DNA of 64,000 bases. Origin: Saccostrea cucullata. Taxonomy: Eukaryota. The stretch spans positions 434,001-498,000 of the forward strand of contig NW_026933043.1 in the NCBI RefSeq assembly GCF_032062105.1. The letters are read 5' to 3'. The translations under genes were made by a program, and so were the position numbers. Below, piece after piece: positions 26,179-36,944 of this stretch. How positions within the stretch are numbered: position 1 is the first letter of the stretch; every line of letters begins with the position of its first letter. The notes under the pieces were generated by a model. The model saw nothing but the letters and a program-made list of their open reading frames with translations, was not told the origin of the DNA and ran no database searches.

Positions 26179-27556
26179 CAAATGTCATTAATTTATGATA
26201 ACTCGTACGTTTCATGTTTCTGTTCTTCTAATTTTTTTCTTTAAAAGTTTTTACCTCTCAGATATCAAAGTATCTTTTAACGAAAGAATTTAATCATGTA
26301 TACATCTATAATTAAAAAAAAATCCAAACTAGAAATATTTAAGGAGTGAGGTGGTGGTTGGGGTGTAGGGATGCAGGCTGGGGGTAAAGTAATTTTTTTT
26401 CGATAAAAACAAATTTAAAAGTATTGCAACAAAGTATTGGGTCGGATTGGTGGGATTGAATGGCGACCTTTTAATGTACATATTCAGCCTAAATTAAAAA
26501 AAAATAAGTGGAGAGAGAAAAAAAAAACCTCCAAAAAAACAACAACAAACAACTAAAATTTGTTTTAAACAAAAAACAACAAAACAAAAATCCAAACTAG
26601 AAATATTCAAAAACCTATTTTGTTTGGGGTGGGGTGGGGGTGACTTTTCACTTCTAATGCTTCATAAGCTTAAAAACTTTTCAGACAACAATAATTTTGA
26701 GGGTCTTTTACAAAATGACAAAAAAATAAAAAAAAAAAAAAAAAAAAGCGGGGATGTATGGATCTGGTGGGGTGGGATTGTATAGATGCTCTTCAATATA
26801 CATTTTCAAACTAAATCAAAAACGTGATGGGGACCCCCCCCCCCCCCCCGGTTTATCTAATAATCTGATTCGATAATAAGTATAGTTTTTTTTAATATAT
26901 GATTTTTATTACATAATGCTTATAAAAATGCTTATAATATAAACATTAATATGTAGAGGTTCATGGGCTATAATTAGGAAATTCTCTGCCCTGAACTTTG
27001 CGTACATTTCGAAAAAGACATCCATTTGAAGTTATATATTTTCTGCCAAGGCATATATACCTGCATGTGTGGCCAAAGTTATAGCTATATAAATATACAT
27101 GCATGTACTTGGACTCTGAATTAAATACCAATGTTCACAAATTTGTTCAAAGCACATCTTATTTTAATAAAAAGGGGAAAATAGGAAAATATTGCTTATT
27201 TTTTAAATCATATCCTGTAATTAACGATAATGATGATTAATTCAAGACATTTTGAATATCAATTTAGTTTCTTACATGTTGCGCTGGTACATGCACAGAT
27301 CTAGAAATGCAAACATTTTGACCTTTTGTCTTTCTATACATAGACAACTTTACAATTGTATAATATAATATTTAGAAAAAACGTTCGCATGAAAATATTG
27401 TCCTCCAACTAAATTCTATTCAAAAATAAATTTTAATGTCATTGACAACTTTCGCAGCAAATAAAAATTTTAAATAAAATTCCTCGAAAAACAACCATGC
27501 GAACTCATATGTACACGTTATAAAACCCCCATTTATGTGTGCGTATTTTTAGATTT

Positions 27557-27698
27557 GGAAATTCCAATACACCAAAAATAAGTTTTGAAAACTGATTGGT
27601 TAATTCTTTACTGCTACTGAAATTTTTAGAACTTTAAATATAGATCGCGCTCTTGTTATAACTCCTGCACGTTTTAAAAACATATACCGGTATATAAA
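27557..27698 (+). promoter_or_regulatory. Putative promoter of the TNF-like gene: kB-like site and TATA box
   Basis: GGAAATTCCA at 27557-27566 (reverse complement TGGAATTTCC); TATATAAA at 27691-27698, about 40 bp before the ATG. Confidence 0.4.
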
Positions 27699-27733
27699 AT
27701 TCGACTTGTGGGACCTCTACAGTACAACCTAAC

Positions 27734-29306
27734 ATGACTCTCCTAGTTGACGAGGAGTTAGCGTTATCAAATGACGAAAGATTAAAAGAAACTCTTCCAG
27801 ATTTAGAACAACTAAAACCACGACGAAGAACTTCAAGAAGATGCCGAAAGTCCATCCTTGTGTCTGGCACGTCAGCGGCAGTTTCTATGGTTACGTTTCT
27901 TGCTTTTGTGGGAGTTTTTGTCTACGCCCGAAATGTTTTTAAAACCCCTCTGGAAGAATATTGGAAATTGGTAAGTGTTCTTTATTTTCCTGTTTGAAAT
28001 GGAAAATATGATGAGTTAAATTAATTAAGTTATAATTAATTTTTAAAACACTTAGATTCAATTTTATATAATTTTTAAAAACATGTAACATTTCGTTAAA
28101 AACCAAAAAGAACCCTAAATTTTTTTCATTTGCATTTAACCATGATGTTTTTTTAATAGACGGACATGCAACAAGATTTTGCAAAATTCATTGTATTTTC
28201 CGATCACATAAAATTTTATGCTGAATTATAAATATTTATACATGATATATTTTTTTATAGACAGACATCACCCCGCCAGCTTATTCTCGGAACGAATCGT
28301 TCCACGGAAATTTTCCTGTAGCGTACATGGTTCTGGACACTGATTCATTAACAGGTCAGTAAATCTATATATAGAATTATTTTAACATATATATCATATA
28401 ACTGATTTTTCAACATAATTATATATATATAATTATGTATATAATATACATCGATTAATTGATTATGCAAATGAAGTTTGAAAAACAAACACAATGCAGA
28501 CCTTTTAAAAATTGATGATGTAAGTTTGTGAATAATTTTTCTGAGCTAGAACTATGTAGAATGTTTTATCAGAGAAGATAAATTATAATTTGTGTTATAC
28601 ATATCTTAGCTGTGTAAGAAGTTTCTCAAAATATACACATATCAATATCTGGGTGGTGGCGGGGATTTCCTGTATTCATTTTTAAACAGCTAATTTAAAA
28701 GCCACCCGCATATCTTTTATAAACTTTTTATAGCGTTTTTGAATTAATTTAATCGGATTGTGATTTAAATGGCACTTCATTTGTACCCCAGTCACTTCAA
28801 AGAGTTTTATTGTAGATATTTAAAATTTTTCATTAAAGTAGGTATTTAAAGGCATTGGGTATTTTCCATTCATTTTTAAAAACGAATTAATTAATTGGGG
28901 AATTACTTCTCTTATAACCGTAGATGGCCATGAGATTCTAAGATGGAAAAATTTCAAAAACCAGACTTACACCAGAGGCGGGTTTGTGTACTCCGAGGGA
29001 TTCTTTATCATCCCCAAGAGTGGCTTTTATGACCTTCACTCGACACTGAGCATCGAGACGCAACTCAAGACAGGCATGGGCGATGTCACGATTTACAGCT
29101 GCATTGTGACGTCATCAGGAATTACCCTAGGCTGTAACCGAATGAGGCAGAAGAAGGGATGGGCGGGGCATAGCGAAGTCTTAGTGCTGTCCAGGTGGTT
29201 AGAGAAAGGGGAGAGAATCGGCGTGACGCTGGCACCAAAGTCCACGAAATCCCTTATCCACGGCAACCCGACAGAAAATGCTTTTGTTATTCGACTAATT
29301 AGATAG
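27734..29306 (+). CDS. TNF superfamily ligand (type II membrane protein with C-terminal TNF homology domain)
   Basis: Exons 27734-27970 (basic stretch then TM ILVSGTSAAVSMVTFLAFVGVFVYA), 28261-28354 (PVAYMV, A strand), 28924-29306 (LRW...GFVYSEGFFIIPKSGFYDLHS...LEKGERIGV...NAFVIRLI). Confidence 0.8.
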
Positions 29307-30219
29307 CATATCTAATTGTAGTGCAAAAGCCTTTGTTAACAATCTTCTATATAAGTCATTAGCAAACTTTTTTCAAAAATATAGTTTTTCATACATTATT
29401 TATGCTTTTTGTTACATGTATAGGGATAACAATACACATTATCACATTATATGCAATTGTATAAGCCCATCTTTGATCCTATCTGACTTTTGTTCAAACT
29501 TCATGCATGTATATCTTAAGTGGCTTATAGAAGTATATGATATGATCGATGGAATAAATTTTGAATTGCATGAATCACAGTCAAGCACTTTTAATTTGTA
29601 TTTATTATTCATATAAATTAAAATGATATTCTTCTAAAAAAAGAAAAACGAGAAAAACATATAAATTGACTTGAGGGAAAATCAAGACAGATGAATCTTA
29701 TTAAGGAAACAATGTCTACAAATTTAAAAAGAAAAAAATGGATTCAGCTGAAATCAGAATTTGTTTAAAATTAAAAGCCGTGTGATCAGAGATCTCTCAT
29801 TAACCGCTGGGGATGCAGAATTAAAAAAAAAATTGAAATGGGAGATCAGTATTAAATTACAATTTTATGAGTTAAGGGGTGTTGAACCGTAGTTTTATAT
29901 GTGAGGTTTAGGAGTCTTATTTTAGCAAGTGCCCGTGCTTTCAACATATAGTCCGTCTGTGGTTCCTAAAGGGGTGTACTGTAATAATCTTAAACTGTTA
30001 AATGTATTGACGAGCATGACCAAAGAATGAACAGACTTAAAGTTGAAAACGAGAGAACTCTGACATTTAAATAAATCCAAAAAGAAAACAGAAAAATTTG
30101 TAACGAACTTAAAAGAAAATAATTAAATTGCCAGTTGAAGTTATATTCTCTATGAAGTAAATAAGTATAAAGAATACGGTAATTTATCAGGACACAAGCT
30201 TTATGTGTAGGCACCAACA

Positions 30220-33200
30220 ATGGGGCTGTGGTCATGTAGATTTTGTCTGCTACAGCTGATTTTTATACTGACTTCTTTTGAAGGTAAGTTTTAATATAAA
30301 TTGAGCGTGAATTGCACAAAATTTTTGATGTACAAACTTTTGTGAGATACACATCTTTCGAAACTACAACAAACTCGTAGTTTTCCTGCATATAATTCCA
30401 CGGTATCGATACATTTCATATTTGGCTTTTAAATTCACTACCTTTTACCTTCTGAACCCTTGAATTCACTTAAAAATTGATACTATTTTGAATATACATC
30501 TATTTTACTATCATACGTACCTTCTTGTATGGATCTAAGATTGTGTGTGTGTGTGGGGGGGGGGGGTGTCGGTGGAAGGGTCAATTATTAGAAAAATATT
30601 GACAAGGAAAATTCTTGACTAAAACGATTACAACTCTTATTACTAGTATTTTAATAGGGGGTATGATAATCATATTTTGAGGCGCAATGGGTTGGGGTGG
30701 AATTTTGAAGTTCGTATCCCAAATGTCCTTTCTCTGGCTCCGGGGCCATGAAACTTAGATAAACTAACTTTAAATCTCAATTCTATTTTAACCGAGGAAT
30801 GATAGTGAAAAGGAGAACGAGATCAAAAAAGATCTGGTCTATGTTTTCTGGCCCCAGGAACTGGTCTGGCTCTTTGCGAGGGCTGTTGGTCCTTAAATTT
30901 GCCTTCTCTCTATATGTACGAATCTCTCACATTTTAATTCCCTTTCCTCTCCTTTGTAATAGTGATACAATCACCTGTAAGAAAAAACTCCTCCAATAGC
31001 TCCCTGTTTTTAAAAAAGTCCCTCACATTTTAATTTCCCTCCTTTGTTATAGGGGCCCTGACAATCACCAGAGACTTTCTACTCCTCCAATAGTTCCCTG
31101 TTTTACTACAGTCCCTCACATTTTAATTGTGTGTGTGTGTAGGGGCCCTGACAATCACCTGTAAGGTTCTACTCCTCCAATAGAAAAATATTGACACATT
31201 TTAATTTCCCTCCTTTGTTATAGGGGCCCTGACAATCACCTGTACAATTCTATTATTTTAACAGATGTGTGTTTTACTCTTGAGGAGGTCCCTCACATTT
31301 TAATTTCCCTCCTTTGTTATAGGGGCCCTGACCATCACGTGTAAGACTTTCTACTCCTCCAATAGTTCTCTTTTACTACGCGTCCCTCACATTTTAATTT
31401 CCCTCCTTTGTTATAGGGGCCCTGACCCACAGGCACCTGAAGTATGGATAATACCCCCCCTTTTTTTTTATATTGAAAAAAAAATGTAACAGTGTATAAT
31501 ACCTCGAAAATATAAAATTTCCCCGTCAAACACAACTATATGTAGTTATATACAAGCAGATTGTACTTTTTCTCACGTTTAAAGAATGGCCCTAGCTATT
31601 CGGTATTTATTATACCGAATAGGGCCATTCTTTAAACGTGAGAAAAAGTTCAATTTGCTTGCATATAACGACATATAGATGTGTTCGACGGGGAAATTTT
31701 ATATTTTTGAGGTATTATAACTTACATTTTTTTCAATATAAAAATTGATTTATCATAATTTTGTGCATGTTCCTGACCATCACCTGTAAGACCTTCTACT
31801 CCTCCAACAGTTCCCTGTTTTACTACGAGTCCCTAACATTTTAATTCTCCTCCTTTGTTATAGGGACTCTGACCATCACGTGTAAGACGTTTTACTCCTC
31901 CAATAGTTCCCTGTTTTACTATGAGTCCCTCCTTTGTTATAGGGGCCCTGACAATCACGTGTAAGACGATCTACTCCTCCAATAGTTCTCTATTTTACTA
32001 TGAGTCCCTCACATTTAATTCCCCTCCTTTGTTATAGGGGCCCTGACAATCACGTGTAAGACGATCTACTCCTCCAATAGTTCTCTATTTTACTATGAGT
32101 CCCTCACATTTAATTCCCCTCCTTTGTTATAGGGGCCCTGACAATCACCTGTACGACCTTCTACTCCTCCAATAGTTCCTGTTTTACTATGAGTCCCTCA
32201 CATTTTAATTCCCTTCCATTGTTATAGGGACTCTGACCATCACCTGTAAGACGTTCTACTCCTCCAATAGTTCTCTTTTACTACGAGTCCCTCACATTTT
32301 AATTTCCCTCCTTTGTTATAGGGGCCCTGACAATCACGTGTAAGACTTTCTACTCCTCCAATAGTTCCCTGTTTTACTACGAGTCCCTCAAATTTTAATT
32401 TCCCTCCTTTGTTATAGGGGCCCTGACAATCACCTGTAAGACGTTCTACTCCTCCAATAGCTCCCTGTTTTACTACGAGTCCCTCACATTTTAATTTCCC
32501 TCCTTTGTTATAGGGGCCCTGACAATCACCTGTAAGACGTTCTACTCCTCCAATAGCTCCCTGTTTTACTACGAGTCCCTCACATTTTAATTTCCCTCCT
32601 TTGTTATAGGGGCCCTGACAATCACCTGTAAGACGTTCTACTCCTCCAATAGCTCCCTGTTTTATAAATCCCTCACATTTTAATTTCCCTCCTTTGTTAT
32701 ATGGGCCCTGACAATCACCTGTAAGACGTTCTACTCCTCCAATAGTTCTCTTTTACTACGAGTCCCTCACATTTTAATTTCCCTCCTTTGTTATAGGGGC
32801 CCTGACAATCACATGTAAGACTTTCTACTCCTCCAATAGCTCCCTGTTTTACTACGAGTCCCTCACATTTTAATTTCCCTCCTTTGTTATAGGGGCCCTG
32901 ACAATCACGTGTAAGACTTTCTACTCCTCCAATAGTTCCCTGTTTTACTACGAGTATTGCTCGGTGGGCTGCTGTGGATCAGAACGAAGTCGGAAATGCT
33001 GCTCCGCGGATAAGTAAGTCTGAGTAATGTATTGAGACTTATTGCTTTTAAAAGTGCTTTAACTATTGTGTTTTATGAGCTCACCAAAGCCAACATCCTC
33101 ACAATGTCAAGGTTTTGTAATTTCGGAACTCAACATAACGGTAACCGCTTGTGGAGTTCCGAAGTCACAAAACCTTGACAATGTGAGGATGCAAAGCCAA

Positions 33201-35059
33201 AGGCTGTTAGTGCTTTTCTGGTAAAAAATTTGTTCGCCTTCAGAAGTCCGTCGTAGTTGTAAACTTTTCATACTTTCATTCCTTTCTCCCAGAATCATTT
33301 GATCAAACTTGGCACAGAGTATTAATAATTGCTAAAGGGCATTCAAATTTGGTCAAATTAATGGCAACTGTGTTGGGGGGGGGGTTAATTATCAGTTCAG
33401 TTCAGTTATGGAGTTCCCTCCTATGTATAAGGAGCACCCTAGAAGGTGTTTTTAAAAGACGTAAAAATTAAAAATAATAAAAGAAATAAAGTGATGAAAA
33501 GACAGTTAGTAAAATCTATTCTATGTAGTGCTGTAAAAATAAAGTTAGAGGTGATAGACAAACTAAAAATAAAAAACGAATTTACAGACTATACATCATG
33601 GAATAGTGAAAATTTGGTGGAGTCATTGCAAGTTAGTATTCTTCTTAAAAAAAACACTGGAAAAATGAAACTTTAGTGAAGGCTTGCTAATAAATAGTGT
33701 ATAAATCATGACATTCCGGTAGTTTTACAAATGAAACTACATGTACATGTATATAGGATTCATCTTTTAAACAGAATATACTTCTCAAGAGCTTAGTCAT
33801 ATATCAAAATTGGAGCAAACTCAAAAAAAGACTACGTATTGTAGAGTCAAGTTTATTCAGATCTTGTCTCCTGGAGGTAGCACAGGGCTACAATAGAAGA
33901 TCAAACATTTGCAAAGAAACGTACAAAAGATAATTAGTCAAAGAATTGAATACAAAAACATCCTCATCAAGGATAGATTTAATTTCACTTTCAATTGTTC
34001 AAACTAACCCCTCCCTCTAAGGTTGTAGGTTCGGATTTTTTATAGCACAGGCACTTGTTTCGGAATAATTTTTATAGATTCAATTTATCTCCTAGCCAGA
34101 GTGCTCATGCAGGTGAGCAATATGGCAAAAAGGCCTCTTGTTGAAGAATGAATTATAATATTTTTTTGCTTTAATTATACTATAAAGCAAGGAAGATCTA
34201 GATATATACTAGTCTTGTCAATAACACCTGTGCATTCTCTTTGACAGTACGGGCGCCATTGTCGGGGGTGTGGTTGGGGCTCTGGTTTTCTTCCTCATTG
34301 TCTCCGTGGTCATGTTCATATGTTGGCAAAGCAACAAGAAATCCAAACAGCTTGTCGACGTGGAACCCGAAATCGGTGTGTATACACAAATCAATATATA
34401 GACAGTGTACAAAATGTACCTTACAGGAGAAAAAAAAAGTATCTTTATGGGTTAATTACATTGAACTTGCAACCCAGCTTCATGATTTCCTTTTGAAAAG
34501 CTGAAATAGATGTTTATTCGATTTAAAAATGGGGATATTGTGTTGTGAAACTAAAGCATGTATCTTTATTGTTGCACACATTTGATACTAAAAAGATGCC
34601 ATATTAGAGGGATAAATTTTAATTAAAAGCGAAATTGTTAGAAAATCTGTAACATCAACTTGTTTGTCACTTACTTTGATGGATTTTAGATTTACATTTG
34701 ACTGTACTCAAAACATAATATTGCTCTTCTTATCAAATCATTTGGGAGACAGGAGCAACATTGATAACTAGTATTTGATGATTGGACTTTGATTTTTTTT
34801 CTTAACAGATGAGTTTGGATACGAATTAGAGGTTATGGGTGATATGCATCCATATCAAACCGGAAGTGAACCTTTTAACTCTCCAGTCTCTCCGAGTCAT
34901 CTCCAGGGAGACTTCCGGCACGGTGACGTTGACGCAGAGACATTTCCCAAACACCACGGATGTCCCCCGCCGGAATACGAGGAGAACCTCCCCCCGATGT
35001 CTCCCCCGCCCACTTACAAGGAGAGAGAAGAAACCGTAATGTCGGAAGAGCGTTACTGA
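30220..35059 (+). CDS. Shisa/CYYR1/WBP1-like single-pass membrane protein with Cys-rich ectodomain and PY motifs
   Basis: Exons 30220-30283 (signal peptide MGLWSCRFCLLQLIFILTSFE), 32893-33013 (C..C...CC......CC), 34248-34375 (TM AIVGGVVGALVFFLIVSVVMFIC), 34809-35059 (PPEY, PPTY). All junctions are GT-AG and in phase. Confidence 0.8.
30925..32955 (+). repeat. 96-bp tandem array (~18 copies), each unit = polypyrimidine tract + AG + first 62 nt of exon 2
   Basis: Unit ccctcacattttaatttccctcctttgttatag|gggccctgacaatcacctgtaagacgttctactcctccaatagttccctgttttactacgagt (e.g. 32481-32576); only the last copy continues into unique exon sequence. Confidence 0.95.
31469..31740. mobile_element. Palindromic foldback MITE inserted in the 96-bp array
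   Basis: ~130-bp near-perfect inverted arms centred near 31608 (…gaatggccctagctattcggtat / ataccgaatagggccattc…). Confidence 0.8.
33075..34142 (+). mobile_element. Degenerate Helentron-associated (pearl/CvA-like) element
   Basis: 5' gagctcacc, decayed core repeats (caaacttggcacag, gtagagtcaagtttattcagatc), 3' caggtgagcaatatggc...ggcctcttgtt. Confidence 0.55.
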
Positions 35060-36944
35060 TTCTGCGTGGGACTGGAGTTTATGGAGGGATTCATTTGTGG
35101 GGGCAATTTTTAAAAAACTTGATGAAATCTTGGCACTGAGATCAATTTTCAGAGTGCTTTAATTATATTGATTTAGCAGGAGATCCTTTTTTGGAAACAC
35201 AATTTGTTTTATTTTATGTAATTGAAAAAATTTCTGATAAATTATAAAAATAATATATATATTTATAAGTTATACGAGTATCTATTATATTCATTATGAT
35301 AAATTATTTATATACTCTGCATTTCCTCTGTATTAAAGTGTCATGTTGTAAATTTTGAATTTAATGACCGGGTGGCGGTAAATACAAAATTTACAACATG
35401 AAAACTAAATGACAAAAGGATGAATAGTACTACATGTATATATTTAAGGGATCACTGTCTAGTTAATAGAATATGCAAGGGCATCAACGATAGTTGGAAA
35501 CGAGGGATAATTTACAGAACAGGCGGCAATTGCTGATTCCTTATAATTTATTTCCCTTTCGTTAAAAATTATGGAATAAAATATTTTAAATTTAGATTTT
35601 AAAAATGTAGACTACACATGTATTATAGATTTAAATAACACGAGGCCTGACCTATTTGTAGGCGAAATTTACATTTTGGTTAAATTAAGACCGCGGAACA
35701 TAAGATTGGAAATATGCAGCTTACGTCATTTCTACCTGTTACAATCAAAACATTCAATGACAAAGAATGAAATGGAAGGGTATAATTCGACGCGGACGCA
35801 GGGAAAACATTGGATTGAAATTCTAGTTTGAAATTCATTTTCAATCCACCTCAGCTACGCTAGAAGGCACATTACATAGTATTACCGATTGAACCAGAGA
35901 ACAAATAATTTCAATTTCGGTATAATTTGAAAATAATATATACAATATTGTAAATGGGAATTTTCTGCCCAGCGTTTTAAAGGAATATATGAAGGGACTA
36001 ATATATGATTTCTGTTTGATATAATGGTAAAATTTATGCATGTGCGTACGTGTTATGTGTGCGTTAAGTGTGTGGTTAGGTTCGAACTCCAGTACCAAAA
36101 AATTTCTTCCAAACACCACCACTTTCCCCATTTTTAACCTTTACTAAGACGTATCTGTGGAAAGTGTGGGTGGGGGGGGGGCTAAACTTACGAAGATATG
36201 TTCAATGTCTATACTAATTATATATTTAGAAAAAAAGTGGGGGGCTAAGCCCCCTCCCCCCCCCCCCCCCCCCCCCCCCGGTTCCGACGCCTATGAGAAT
36301 TTCAATCCAATGTTTTCCCCTCGTCCGCGTCGAATTGTACGTCCCGCCCATTTCATAGTCTATCATTTAATGTTTTCGTTGTAACAGATAGAAATTACGA
36401 AAGCTTCATACTTCCAATCTTTCCAGTAAATGTTTTGCGGTCTTATCAACAAATCAAGTATACTATAAGTTTCAAATAGTTAACACAGACTAAGAAAACA
36501 AGTAGAAATTGAAATAGGGTGAGGCCTATCTGGTGGAAAATTATTTTGTATTTTGGGAAAATCACTCTAATCCCCCCCCCCCCCTCCCCTTGTGAGTTAC
36601 TATTTTCAGCAAAATTATCAGTGATTAAGTAAATATGGGACTTCTTAACATTTTGTGTAAACAATTTCTCAAATATCGTTTTTGACATCTTGGAACAATG
36701 TTCTAAAATCATGAAAAGTTTTCTTTTGCCTAGATCGAATGTTTACCTAAATTATTTAGAGGTAAATCTACATAAGAAGTGTTATACCTTTCTAAGCATA
36801 AGAGGAAGCAACTTCTACATATAAATTGATAGAACTAACCGAAAATATTTTAACAAACATCACGAAAAATATCTGAAAGATTTAGCAAACACCTTAAACT
36901 GGTGGCCTTCTGTCAACATAGAGGACCAGTTCACAGAAATAAAC

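Noticed and set aside
30925-32955. CRISPR-like regular array
   Set aside because: There are no unique spacers; units are head-to-tail copies, the context is eukaryotic and there are no cas genes.
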